A stretch of DNA of 64,000 bases from Mizuhopecten yessoensis. Lineage: Eukaryota. The notes below the pieces were generated by a model. The model did not search any database. It saw only the letters and a program-made list of their open reading frames with translations, and had not been told where the DNA came from. How positions within the stretch are numbered: position 1 is the stretch's first letter; each line of letters begins with the position of its first letter. Location: positions 1 to 64,000 of the forward strand of contig NW_018408906.1 in the NCBI RefSeq assembly GCF_002113885.1, in the 5' to 3' direction. Made by a program: the position numbers and the translations under genes. Positions 23,851-35,984 of the stretch are shown piece after piece.

Positions 23851-24939
23851 TTTTTAGCTCACCTGGCACGAAGTGAGCTTATGCCGTGGCGCGGCGTCCG
23901 TCGTACCAAGTTTGTTCAAATGAATGACCTTCAATTATATTCAAGGTCACAGGGGTCAATTGTCTTAAAAAAACTTTTAAACAACTTCTTCTGAATAACC
24001 AAAATGCCCAGGGTGATGATATTTGGCCAGTAGCATGCTGAGATGAAGGGCTACAAAGTTTGTTCAAATGAATGACCTTCACCTATATTCAAGGTCACAG
24101 GGGTCAAATATATNNNNNNNNNNNNNNNNNNNNNNNNNNNNNNNNNNNNNNNNNNNNNNNNNNNNNNNNNNNNNNNNNNNNNNNNNNNNNNNNNNNNNNN
24201 NNNNNNNNNNNNNNNNNNNNNNNNNNNNNNNNNNNNNNNNNNNNNNNNNNNNNNNNNNNNNNNNNNNNNNNNNNNNNNNNNNNNNNNNNNNNNNNNNNNN
24301 NNNNNNNNNNNNNNNNNNNNNNNNNNNNNNNNNNNNNNNNNNNNNNNNNNNNNNNNNNNNNNNNNNNNNNNNNNNNNNNCTTCTGAATAACCAAAATGCC
24401 CAGGGTGATGATATTTAGTCAGTAGCATACTAGGATCAAGGGCTACCAAGTTTGTTTAAATGTATGACCTTGAATCATATTCAAGGTCACAAGGAGCAAA
24501 TATGTTCAAAATATTTAAACAACTTGTTCTGAATAACCAAAAGGCTCAGGATGTTGATATTTAGTCAGTAGCATGCTGGGATCAAGGACTACTATGTTTG
24601 TTAAAGTGAATGACTTTGACTTATATTCAAGGTCACAGGGGTCAAATTTGTTTAAAATCTTTAAACAACCTCTTCTGAATAACCATGGGTCCCAGGATGT
24701 TGATACTTTGCAAGTTGCATCCTGAGATGAAAGGCTATAAAATTTGTTCAACATAATGACTTTGTTCGACTTTCAATAATAGGGGTGAAATGTTTTAAAA
24801 AAAATTAACAGGTTCTTTTGAATGAATTTTAATCATAAATACTGATATTTTGCCTGTAGCTTTATTTTAGATCACTTTTAAGGTTACACGTGTGAGATTT
24901 TTACCAGGTGAGCGATGCAGGCCTATTGGGCCTCTTGTT
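23851..24939 (+). mobile_element. HINE-like element with internal satellite-like array (contains assembly gap)
   Basis: TTTTTAGCTCACCTGGCACGAAGTGAGCTT, then CGTCCGTCG, repeats, and CAGGTGAGCGATGCAGGCCTATTGGGCCTCTTGTT. Confidence 0.85.
24114..24379. other. Assembly gap (266 N)
   Basis: Run of N. Confidence 1.
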
Positions 24940-25404
24940 ATTGTTACCATTGTAAATGCTTTGTTCTATTTTACATCAATGTTACTGTAATCCACTGATA
25001 TTTCCTGTGATTCATATTTTCACATTAATTGGTAAGGGGAGGCAATCATGAGTACAAGTATCTAGACTTGTAAATAGTATGTTCATCACACTTAAAGGAC
25101 CCAAGCAACCAAATAATTAAATATACGCGATTACATTTTTCATTTTTTCCAGCAGAACAATGGAATTCATAGCTAACTTTTGTTATCTTAGTGCTGATAT
25201 TTTTTTAAGTTGTTTACCAGTGAATTGTAATTAGTGAACATTTTACTCGCACACTTTAAAGTGTTGTTTTTCACAGTGGAATTGAATTGACCGATAAGAG
25301 AGCAGAATTTAAAGAAAAAATAACAAAATGTAATACAACTGTGATTTTTAAATCAATTAGACTATCAATTCATCTTTTTGTTTGAAACATCATTGAAACT
25401 AAGT

Positions 25405-26198
25405 TCTTTCAAACGACTTATTCTGTAGAACTATGCACTGGATATCAATCATATTTAATCAGAAGCATTCATGGGAGGCAGGGATTCAAAATTGTACAAA
25501 TGGTGTGGCTGACCCCCGTGGCGGCTGACGGGCGGGGCCGAAAAGGGTCATTTAGCTATATTACTTTAAGCGACTTCTTCTCTGGAACTAAGAAATAGAT
25601 ATCAACCATATTTGACTGGAAGCATCCCTAGGTGGTGGGGATTCAAAATTGTACAAATGGCGGGGCTGACCCCCCAGGGGGCTGAGGGCTGGGCCAAAAG
25701 GGGGCAATTTGGCTATATTGCTATAAACGACTTCTTCCGTAGAACTATACCATGGATATTGATCATATTTGGTCAGAAGCAATCATGGGAGGCAGGGATT
25801 CAAAATTGTACAAATGATGGGGCTGACATCCCTCCTCCCTCTGGCCCCACCCTTTGAGACTTAACCCCTGGGTCACAACTTTGAAACGGTTAAGATCCCC
25901 ACCCCAAAACTATATATACAAATGCTGGGCAAAAAGAGACAAATGCAGTCGTGATATTAGAATTGATCCTGGGGTCTGGCCACAACCCTAGGGACCTAGT
26001 TTCTGAGTCACAGCTTGGAAACAGTTGAGATCCCCACCCCATAACCATACATAAAATTGCTGGGCATAAAATATCAAATACAGATATGCTACAAGCCTTG
26101 GGGTCTGGCATATTCCCCGTTGATCTCATTTGGAGAATATTTTGCCATGATTGCTTAGATATCCAGGTGAGCGATACAGGTCCTCTGGGCCTCTTGTT
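25405..26198 (+). mobile_element. 5'-truncated HINE-like element, inverted relative of 10061-11645
   Basis: Reverse-complement similarity to 10061-11080; terminus CAGGTGAGCGATACAGGTCCTCTGGGCCTCTTGTT. Confidence 0.8.
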
Positions 26199-26249
26199 TA
26201 ATTTTGCTTTGGTTTTTATCTCGCCATCATCAGATGGTAGGCTGTTCCA

Positions 26250-27932
26250 ATCGCACCCTCGTCTGTGGTCTATCAACCATCCGCCGTCTATCCTATAGCC
26301 CCCTCGTCTGTGATCCATCAACCGTCCGTCGTCTATCCTATAGCCCCCCCGTCTGTGGTCTCTCAACCGTCCCCCGTCTATCCTATAGCCCCCTCGTCCT
26401 TGGTCTATCCTATAGCCCCCTCGTCTGTGTTCTATCCTATAGCCCCCTCGTCTGTGTTCTATCCTATAGCCCCCTCGTCCGTGGCCTATCCTATAGCCCC
26501 CTCGTCTGTGGTCGATCCTATAGCCCCCTCGTCCGTCGTCTTTCCTATAGCCCCCTCGTCTGTGGTCTATCCCCCATCCGCCGTCTATCCTATAGCCCCC
26601 TCGCCTGTTGTCTATCAAGCATCCGCCGTCTATCCTATAGCCCCCCCGTCTGTGATCCATCAACCGTCCGTCGTCTACCCTATAGCCCCCCCGTCTGTGG
26701 TCTCTCAACCGTCCCCCGTCTATCCTATAGCCCCCTCGTCGCCGTTCTATCAACCATCCGCCGTCTATCTTATAGCCCCCTCGTCTGTGGTCTCTCCTAT
26801 AGCCCCCTCGTCTGTGGTCAATCAACCATCCGCCGTCTATCCTATAGACCCCTCGTCTGTGATCCATCAACCGTCCGTCGTCTACCCTATAGCCCCCCCG
26901 TCTGTGGTCTATCACCCGTCCGCCGTCTATCCTATAGCCCCCTCGCCTGTTGTCTATCAAGCATCCGCCGTCTATCCTATAGCCCCCCCGTCTGTGGTCT
27001 CTCAACCGTCCCCCGTCTATCCTATAGCCCCCTCGTCGCCGTTCTATCAACCATCCGCCGTCTATCTTATAGCCCCCTCGTCTGTGGTCAATCAACCATC
27101 CGCCGTCTATCCTATAGACCCCTCGTCTGTGATCCATCAACCGTCCGCCGTCTATCCTATATCCCCCTCGTCTGTGGTCTATCAACCATCCGTCGTCTAT
27201 CCTATAGCCCCCTCGTCAGTGGTCTATCCTATAGCCCCCTCGTTCGTGGGCTATCCTATAGCCCCCTCGTCCGTCGGCTATCCTATAGCCCCCCCGTCTG
27301 TGATCCATCAACCGTCCGTCGTCTATCATATAGCCCCCTCGTCCGTGGTCTATCAACCATCCGCCGTCTTTCCTATAGCCCCCTCGTCTGTGGTCCATCA
27401 ACCATCCGCCGTCTATCCTATAGACCCCTCGTCTGTGGTCTATCCTATAGACCCCTCGTCTGTGGTCTATCCTATAGACCCCTCGTCTGTGGTCTATCCT
27501 ATAGGCCCCTCGTCCGTGGTCTTTCCTATAGCCCCCTCGTCCGTCGTCTATCATATAGCCCCCTCGTCCGTGGTCTATCAACCATCCGCCGTCTTTCCTA
27601 TAGCCCCCTCGTCTGTGGTCTCTCCTATAGCCCCCTCGTCTGTGGTCCATCAACCATCCGCCGTCTATCCTATAGCCGCCTCGTCTGTGGTCTATCAACC
27701 ATCCGTCGTCTATCCTATAGCCCCCTCGTCCTTGGTCTATCCTATAGCCCCCTCGTCCGACGTCTCTCCTATAGCCCCCCCGTCCGTCGTCTATCCTAAA
27801 GCCCCCCCGTCTGTGGACTATCAACCGTCCGCCGTCTATCCTATAGCCCCCCCGTCTGTGATCCATCAACCGTCCGTCGTCTATCCTATAGCCCCCTCGT
27901 CTGTGGTCTATCCTATAGCCCCCTCGTCTGTG
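26250..27932. repeat. GC-rich composite minisatellite (27-bp core plus optional 18-bp module)
   Basis: Core TCTATCCTATAGCCCCCTCGTCTGTGG with optional TCTATCAACCATCCGCCG. Modules are multiples of 9 bp, which produces the long repetitive ORFs on both strands. Confidence 0.95.
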
Positions 27933-28589
27933 ATGGTTTCTATGAGCGGTAGGTTCCTATTGCTCACATGAAGGAATGTAGCAAACATAGAAGGGTTAAT
28001 GGGAAAGCTATTGAGTGGAAGTGATAGCCGTATGTTCTCGCGCACGTGTTGGAATTATCTCGTGGATAGCTTTACAATTCGTTACAATGTGTCTCACTCG
28101 AATGTGGAGTGCGTACGAACTTTACACAGGGTCATGTTGTACTCTATATTTCACCGAATTGTGGTGGAAACTTAGAAACCCACTTGCCGCCACATGCCGT
28201 GTTATTGTTAAGTTTGAATGTAGTCGTATAATAAAAGTGTAAAGTCTATATCTGCCTAAGTTGTTTTTGTCACAAATCTCTGCTTCCTCTCTACTATTTC
28301 TTACTTTATTTAAAATCCATGGAACCTGCAAGCGAAAGCGTCAGTCGAACCCGAGTGAGTAGATAACGTTTGTTACATTTCTGTGTAGTCTGATATGTTT
28401 AACATTTGATATTTCCAACAAATAATCAAAAGAGCATGTATATGTATTGAGGTATAACTTAACATAAACAAGTCCTTATATTTAGTTCAGAAAAATGTGC
28501 AGAAAAGGTCAAAGGCAACAGGTGGTACATTGTGATAGTCGGTACAGTCTTAGTAGAGTTCTACAGGGTTCGTTAGCAGTCTGAAATGT

Positions 28590-29178
28590 CCAGTACATAC
28601 CTGTCTGGCCTGTCCACACTGACCAGTACCTACCTGACTGGCCTGTCCTCACTGACCTGTACCTGCCTGTCTGGCCTGAGCTGTCCACACTGACCATTAC
28701 CTACTTGTCTGGCCTGAGCCGTCCATACTGACCAGTACCTACCTGTCTAGCCTGAGCTGTCCATACTGACCTGACCAGTACCTAGCTGTCTGGCCTGAGC
28801 ACTCCAGACTGACCAGTACCTACCTGTCAAGCCTGTTCACATTGACCGGTACCTTCATGTCTGGCCTGAGCTGTCCACATTGACCAGTACCTACCTGTCT
28901 GGTCTGATCTGTCCACATTGACCATTACCTACATGTCTTGTCTGATCTGTCCACAATGACCAGTACCTACATGTATGGCCTGAGCTGTCCACACTGACCA
29001 GTACCTACATGTCTGGTCTGATCTGTCCACACTGACCAGTACCTACCTGTCTGTCCTGATCTGTCCACATTGACCAGTACCTACCTGTCTGTCCTGATCT
29101 GTCCACATTGACCAGTACCTACATGTCTGTCCTGAGCTGTCCACATTGACCAGTACCTACATGTCTGGCCTGAGCTGT
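28590..29178 (-). repeat. 38-bp minisatellite (~15-16 copies) spanning the end of the PMS2-like exon and the following GTAGGT
   Basis: Minus-strand unit ACAGCTCAGGCCAGACAG|GTAGGTACTGGTCAGTGTGG; some shorter variants. Confidence 0.9.
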
Positions 29179-30259
29179 CTTCTATGAAATTCTGTCATTG
29201 TGGTCAAACTCCAATTTCGTCCCTACATCTGAACTTGAGTGTCTGGTCACTACAGTCAGTCTACTGTCAGGACACAAAGAAACATCAAACACAACATGTC
29301 ATCTTTAAAGGAAGGGAGACAACTCTGTATTTAGAAAACATTTATCTCCCTTCTCTTACAGTTATATACAGATTTTTAAGGATGAGTTTGATTTTTGTTT
29401 TTATCATTGTCAGAAAATCTCTTTGTTTTATTCTGAAATGATGGTTTTTGGTGACAAACTTAGAGCAGATTTGATAAAAAAAAAATTGGCGCGTGAATGA
29501 CAAGGCTCACGTTGACTAATATCTTCATTATTTCTTAAATTTCCCAACATCATAAAGATACTATTCTATTTATTTTGCTCTTCTAAACTCTGCAAAATAA
29601 AATACACCCAAAAATACATCTTAAGTACAACCCAAATATTCATAACTTAATTTTGAAATATGTAAGTTTTTCATTGATACTTTCCCTGATAGAAACATTA
29701 CCCTACCCACCTTAACGCACACAAAGAGCTCAAAGCTTCTCATCTAAATCCAAAAGTGTCAATGCCTACAAGGTCAGAAAAGTCCTGCAGTTTGGAGGTG
29801 TGATGCTTCAACGCTGGGAACAAGATAAACAAAATATATTATTGTTTCTGTTACATAGGAGTATCAAACATTTCTACAAGAACAGTCTATTTTAGCTGCA
29901 ATATTATTATACAGTTAAAGTATTGTTATGAGGGATATAGTCAGTTTCTGGTTCCCTCGACCAGGGCTATGACCCGAGGCGAAGTCGAGGGAAATAGGCC
30001 TGGTCAAGGGGAACCAGAAACTTGCTATATCCCGAAATAACCATACTTTAACTGTTTTATTATATCGATACAAAAGCATCAATCTGACAATATATAATAA
30101 AAACATGATGAACAGTAAAATAGAATTTGATGACTGTTTTGAACTATTACCCTAAATCTATAGCTAACTTACTGAGTCCTTCAAAATCATTCTCCTCCAC
30201 ACCCAATCCATTGTCAACGACTTCCACCAATTGGCTTCTATAGTCTCGTAATTTTACTT
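29161..30259 (-). pseudogene. PMS2: PMS2 (MutL homolog) unprocessed pseudogene fragment, three exons
   Basis: Exons 30259-30173 (87 nt), 29813-29711 (103 nt) and 29263-29161 (103 nt) with AG/GT boundaries translate as [95 protein letters not shown]. This is the MutL GHKL ATPase (DNGxG, HHTSK, GFRGEAL). Stops at 29740-29742 and 29182-29184; flanking exons not found. Confidence 0.9.
29912..30054. mobile_element. Palindromic (fold-back) MITE-like element in a PMS2-fragment intron
   Basis: CAGTTAAAGTAT...ATACTTTAACTG imperfect inverted arms with centre CCGAGGCGAAGTCGAGG. Confidence 0.75.
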
Positions 30260-30308
30260 CTGAATAAAAAAACATAAGTTAAATATTTAACCTTAAATTC
30301 AAAACTTA

Positions 30309-32013
30309 AACAAGAGGCCCAGAGGGCCTGTATCGTTCACCTGTTTCTTCTGTTACATGCAACTAACATATAGGTAACTTAAGACCAAATTTGGTAACTA
30401 GAACACAAGACATTTTAACATTTCTTAAACAGTTCTGAAGATATTGTTGTTTGAAACTTGAAATTTTTATTTCAAAGCTTTTAACCCATATTGACCTTTG
30501 ACTCCTGACTTGCACTTAAAGTTGACCTTTGACCTCATTACTGTAATAAAAAAAAAAAATCACACAGCTGGTCTACATAACATACCCAAGTATCATGACT
30601 AGTCCAAATGGTTCTTAAGATATTGTTGTTTGAAATTTTCCACATATTTGACCGCTGTTACCTTGAAAGTAGGTCAAGGTCATTTTAATGAGGAAACTTT
30701 ATAGCACTACATCCCAGGTACCTACTGGCAAAATATCATGACCCTGGGTCTTATGGAACTTGAGAAGAAGATTGTTAAAGCTTTTAACCAAAGTTGACAT
30801 TTGACCCCCGACATGCATTTAAAGTTGACCTTTGACCTCATTACTGTAATCTAGAAAAAATATTCGCACTGCTGGTCAACATAACATACCTAAGTATCAT
30901 GACTCTAATACAAAAGGTTCTTAGGATATTATTGTTTGAAATTTTTCACATATTTGACCACTGTGACCTTGAAAGTAGGTCAAGGTCATTTTAATGAGGA
31001 AACTTTATAGCACTCCATACCAGGTACTTACTGGCAAAATATCATGACCCTAGGTCCTACAGTTCTTCAGAAGAAGTCCTGAACAAGAGGCCCAATGGGC
31101 CTGCATCGCTCCCCTGGTATTAATCTCACACTTGTAATCTTAAAAGTGGACTAAAATACAGCTACAGGCAGAATATCAGTGTGACCTTGAATGTCAAACA
31201 ATGACATTAGGTTGAAAGAGGGTCAAGGTCATTCATTTGAACAAATTTGGTAGCCCTGATTGCTACAGGCCAAATATCAGTACCCTGGGCCTTTTGGTTA
31301 TTGAGAAGAAGTTGATTGAAGATTTTAGGACATTTGACACCTGGGACCTTGAAAGTTGGTCAAGGTCATTCATTTGAACAAACTTGGTAGCCCCTCATCC
31401 CAGCATGCTACTGGCCAAATATCATCACCCTGGGCATTTTGGTTATTCAGAAGAAGTTGTTTAAAGGTTTTAAACATATTTGACCCCTGTGACCTTGAAA
31501 ATGGATGAAGCTCATTTATTTGAACAAACTTGGTAGCCCTTCATCCCAGCATGTTACTGGACAAATTTAAGCCCCCTAGGCCTCTTGGTTATTCAGAAGA
31601 TGTTGTTTAAATGTTTTAAACAGATTTGATATCTGTGACCTAGAATATAAGTCAAGGTCATGTATTTGAACAAACTTGGTAGCCCTTCATCCCAGCATGC
31701 TTCTGGCCAAATATCATCACCCTAGGCCTCTTGGTTATTCAGAAGATGTTGTTTAAATGTTTTAAACATATTTGATATCTGTGACCTAGAATATAAGTCA
31801 AGGTCATGTATTTGAACAAACGTGGTAGCCCTTTATCCCTGCATGTTACAGGCCAAATATCATCACCCTAGGCCTTTTGGTTACTGAGAAGAAGTTGTTT
31901 AAAAGTAAAATGTTGACGATGGACCGACGGGTGACGGACGCCGCACCATGCCATAAGCTAACTTGGCCCTTCGGGCCAGTTAAGCTAAAAAGTTGACGGA
32001 CGGACGCAGGACG
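30309..32013 (-). mobile_element. Outer HINE-like element, interrupted by a nested HINE
   Basis: Terminus AACAAGAGGCCCAGAGGGCCTGTATCG at 30309; ~300-bp internal duplication; resumes as AGTTGACGGACGGACG after 31990. Confidence 0.7.
31082..31990 (-). mobile_element. Nested HINE-like element with ~121-bp internal tandem array
   Basis: AACAAGAGGCCCAATGGGCCTGCATCGCTC...; repeats of TCAAGGTCATTCATTTGAACAAACTTGGTAGCCC; ends AGCTAACTTGGCCCTTCGGGCCAGTTAAGCTAAAA. Confidence 0.85.
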
Positions 32014-32132
32014 TCATCGCCTTCAGAAACCTTCAGTAAACCACGGAAGACTTCCCATACCATAACACACACTGTAAATATTTTAATGGGTATATAAAAA
32101 CCACAGAAGACAAAGAAGATTAAATGTACACA

Positions 32133-32138
32133 TTTATT
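32133..32138 (-). promoter_or_regulatory. Candidate distal polyadenylation signal of the GGA gene
   Basis: AATAAA on the minus strand (CACATTTATTGTG), followed downstream by a T/GT-rich stretch; would imply a ~3.8-kb 3' UTR. Confidence 0.3.
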
Positions 32139-33506
32139 GTGAAACAGATGTTTCTTATATCAATAATAACATACATAACTTCACATTCAAATACATCACT
32201 TTCTCACCAAAACACAGTTCTGATTATAAGGTTTTTTTCCTGTTTTGTATCACTGCAGTCTATCACAAATTTTATGAGAATCATTCTTCCATTACATAAT
32301 ACACTGCTAAAGATAGGTAACTATAATTTTTGCTCTTCGTATATTTTATTTTTATAATGATTGAAATACTTGGTTTGGTTTTCGCAGAAAATGCGATCAA
32401 TGAAACTTTCCCCACATGTAATTCACCTGCTTGTATAACAAAAAACTTACAACTTAATGTAGAACTTTTTAATTCAATAATGGCGATATCTAAATGATTA
32501 TCAAAAGCATATATTCTAATGTGTTCAATAAAAAGATGGAAAACCCTCACACTAATACTAGATCAATATACTACATTCCTGTTGCTACAAATTGATTTTT
32601 TGGGTGGTCAGGTGACACAGTGTTTGGAGTACTTTCTTTTCACCAAGATGATCTCAGTATGGGGCAACGACCTCGGTATTGGGTCACTGTCTGACCATGC
32701 CAGTTTTCACCAAGTTCATGTACTTGGGTTTCCTCCCATATGAAATAGTTATAAAATAAATAAGGTTAACTGCTAATCATTTTTACACATATTGCACTTG
32801 AAAACAAAATCTCACTACTTTCGATCCACATCCATTCTTCAATTCCCTCTATGTTTACACAAGGCCTGTTTTCATAATGATCCCTCCAACGGCTTGTGAC
32901 TTATAATGATGATAGATCGACGTTTCTCTAACTTCACTCTGTCCCCAATGACTTTTAAATAACAGATAATACAGCATTATAATACATCTGAGATTAAACA
33001 TCATCAACCAACTCCCTATTTGTTCTCATAAATATATGTACAACTTCTGTCGGCGGCGTAAAACAACATTTCTTACCACTTGGCCAACTACTACCGTTTA
33101 TATTAGTTTTAATCACAGGGGCCCAGACACATCAACATATGATGGTTGTAAAACACTGGTATACACAATAGACCTATATTATTGCAGCCACTTTTGTTCC
33201 CAGCTAACTAGACGACAGATAGCTGTTAATTACTGTATTTTCGCAAGAGATTTATTTTCGTGTTTGTTTGCCTGGAGATGCATTTGCCAATTAAACATCT
33301 CACTAATATTAATACAGTAGATATAGAACTATTAATATTGAAATAGCACCATCTCAATTGCAATGAAAAGCATTTGTTAAACGAAGGGATTTACTGTACA
33401 GAGGTAATTTGGAAAAAAGCAAGAGAATATCCTGAAGTCAAGCTGTAGGTGACTGGATAACCAAAGCTCGACTGCGTACTAATTTATGACCATTATAATG
33501 AGGCAC

Positions 33507-33724
33507 CTGGGCCGCTTTCGTTTATCGCGATCCAAACGTCTGGTCCAGTTGGACACAAGTTATTCGTTTATGAAATAAGGTCGGACCTAGAATCTGATGC
33601 TGCTTTCATTCGAGCCATGACAAAGTCTTGCATAAACATATGCATGTCTGCCCGGATTAATACCAGAAAATGTTACATTTAAAAACAGACAAATCGGTTG
33701 GTCAGCATAAAAGAACAGGCCCCT
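33507..33724 (+). mobile_element. Dispersed MITE-like repeat (related copy at 57237-57433)
   Basis: Shared GG(G/A)CCGCTTTCGTTTATCGCGATC..AAACG and TCGTTTATGAAATAAGGTCG blocks; imperfect terminal inverted repeats. Confidence 0.65.
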
Positions 33725-35707
33725 AGTCTGTGGTTTTGTTCAATACATTTCCTCAAGTCTAGGTGTAGCATATCATTTATCTACAAATACCCAAAATAAA
33801 CCGAATTAATATGAAAATGGGATGAAAAAATCTTATGGAAATATTTTTAGAACTGATGATAAGTTCAAAACCATTAAATATTTCCAATCCAAAGATCCAA
33901 TCCATGGCAAACTGGAAAGGACCATCTGAAATATTTATAATTTTCAAAAATTGTGTTATCCCTGGCCGTGACAGATTCATTCAAGCTGAAAAGGTTATAA
34001 ACACAAACCTAACTCTTCGGACTAGAATCAGCCTGGCTATACAGACAATCTCTAGATCTATAGCTATTACTATTGGTGGACGTTTATAGCAAGGTTTGAA
34101 ATGTAGTTTGAAAATCACAACTATTTTACACTACTTAATAGCAAGTATCACTCCGAAATCAGAAACTTCGGAAAGAAAAACCCTGCAGTATATTACATAT
34201 GGAGTTACAAAGACCAGGAGGCAGGGATGTCTTCTTGGTTAAACCATCACTGCAGTACGAAGAGTGACACTTTGGTGGTCGTGACAGCTTTTTACCTCAG
34301 ACATTTATTTTCAACTTTTTTTTAAGTTGGATAGTTTAGTTTTAACTTTAGTTGTCCTTTTCCATCTATTTTCAGTTTAATGCCAGTTATTTTCAAATCA
34401 AAACTACCTGCCATTATATGATCCAGTTTTTCTCCAGAAATAACTAAATGGAAAATATTTTCATAAAATATTTCCTTATACTCTGTATGATGTAAAGAAC
34501 TGCTGAGGTCTTCAGCTTGTTCTCAAATAAAGGCAAAATATTCGCCAACAGATTAGGACAGAAAAATTCTCTCGAATACATGCTGTTATCATTACCAGCA
34601 ATCTCACGGATGGACAAGAATTTCAACAAAGTATTTTGCTTTCCTTCTATAGGTTAAGAAATTTAATCTAGGCACAACAGGAAATTAAAGAAAAGCCATC
34701 CTTCTAAAGCAGTATTATGTTTATAAACTACATTTTGTAAATGAGAAAATGGGGCTTTTCACAAAGAAACAAGCTTGTAGACTATCATTAAAAAAATCTA
34801 CCTCTGGACCAAAACCAAAAAACAAAATCCACATTTGTATTGTGATTATGTTAAAAAAAACTTCCACAACAAGTTGTGATACTTTCACCAAGCCATGTTT
34901 TCACCTTCAGTTTTTTTTTAAACATATTTGCCCAATTTTGGAATTGTTCATGTATGCTTAATATCTAGAACTGCTAACTATTTAAAATTTACCGTCTTGT
35001 TGAAGGATGAAAAGGAGGTGGAAATAAATTGTGGGAAAAAATATGCCAGTTTCTGTAGTCTTGAGCGGTACAGAAGAATTCATTCAATTGTTAAAAACTA
35101 GCGAAGATTTATCATGTAATGGTGTATTACCATAAACAAACTATTGGGATTTCACCGATAAACTAGCACTTTTTATTTACACAGAACAGCACATGCAAAC
35201 AGTACTGTCTAATACCACATTCAGCGGGGTGGTTTGTTTGATCTGAGCAAGCACTGGTTTCACCCTTCCATACCCCCCCCCCCTCTCTCCCCAAACGACT
35301 CATTTTTCATAATGTACATATATATTCCAAGCCGTACTTTGGTCTGTGACCAATCAAATGTAATTCTGTTCAATTTGACCGGTCAGATTCACTGACCAAT
35401 CAAATGTAATTCTGTTCAATTTGACTGGTCAGATTCACAACTTACAGTTGCGTTAATATTTATTTTATCCATTCACATTCAATCAGTACATTGTCCACTT
35501 CAGTTTCCTGATGGGCTGAACAGGCCACGGGCCGCATTGCTTTATCGTCAAATTCTTGTCTGTTCGACCAATTATAGCAAGTGCATACAGTAACCAATTG
35601 GGATGTAGTTGAATCAGCCATACACTATACGTATTAAAGCGAAACGGATGACAAGTTCAGTTCGGTTTGCATCTTTTCTAGATTGTTAATTAGTTGTTGT
35701 GTTCAGA

Positions 35708-35962
35708 CTGCAGTGTGTCCTTTCCAGCCTGGCCTACTAGTGTAGTAATTTATTGTCGCGGCCACACTGACATCATACAATCGAGACAACTGTAGTGTTT
35801 CCTTTCCAGCCTGGCCTGCTAGTGTAGTAATTTATTGTCGCGGACACACTGACATCATACAATCTAGACACCTGTAGTGTTTCCTTTCCAGCCTGGCCTT
35901 CTAGTGTAGTAATTTATTGTCGCGGCCACACTGACATCATACAATCTAGACGGCTGTAGTGG
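35708..35962. repeat. 82-bp tandem repeat, 3 copies, just downstream of the GGA stop codon
   Basis: CCTTTCCAGCCTGGCCT.CTAGTGTAGTAATTTATTGTCGCGG.CACACTGACATCATACAATC recurs at 82-bp spacing. Confidence 0.9.
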
Positions 35963-35984
35963 TCTTCATTGCCTTACATTATTC

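Noticed and set aside
24051-24449. ORFs with poly-X
   Set aside because: They span the N gap.
28319-28360. Possible first exon ATGGAACCT...CCGA|GTGAGT
   Set aside because: No recognisable protein or downstream partner exon.
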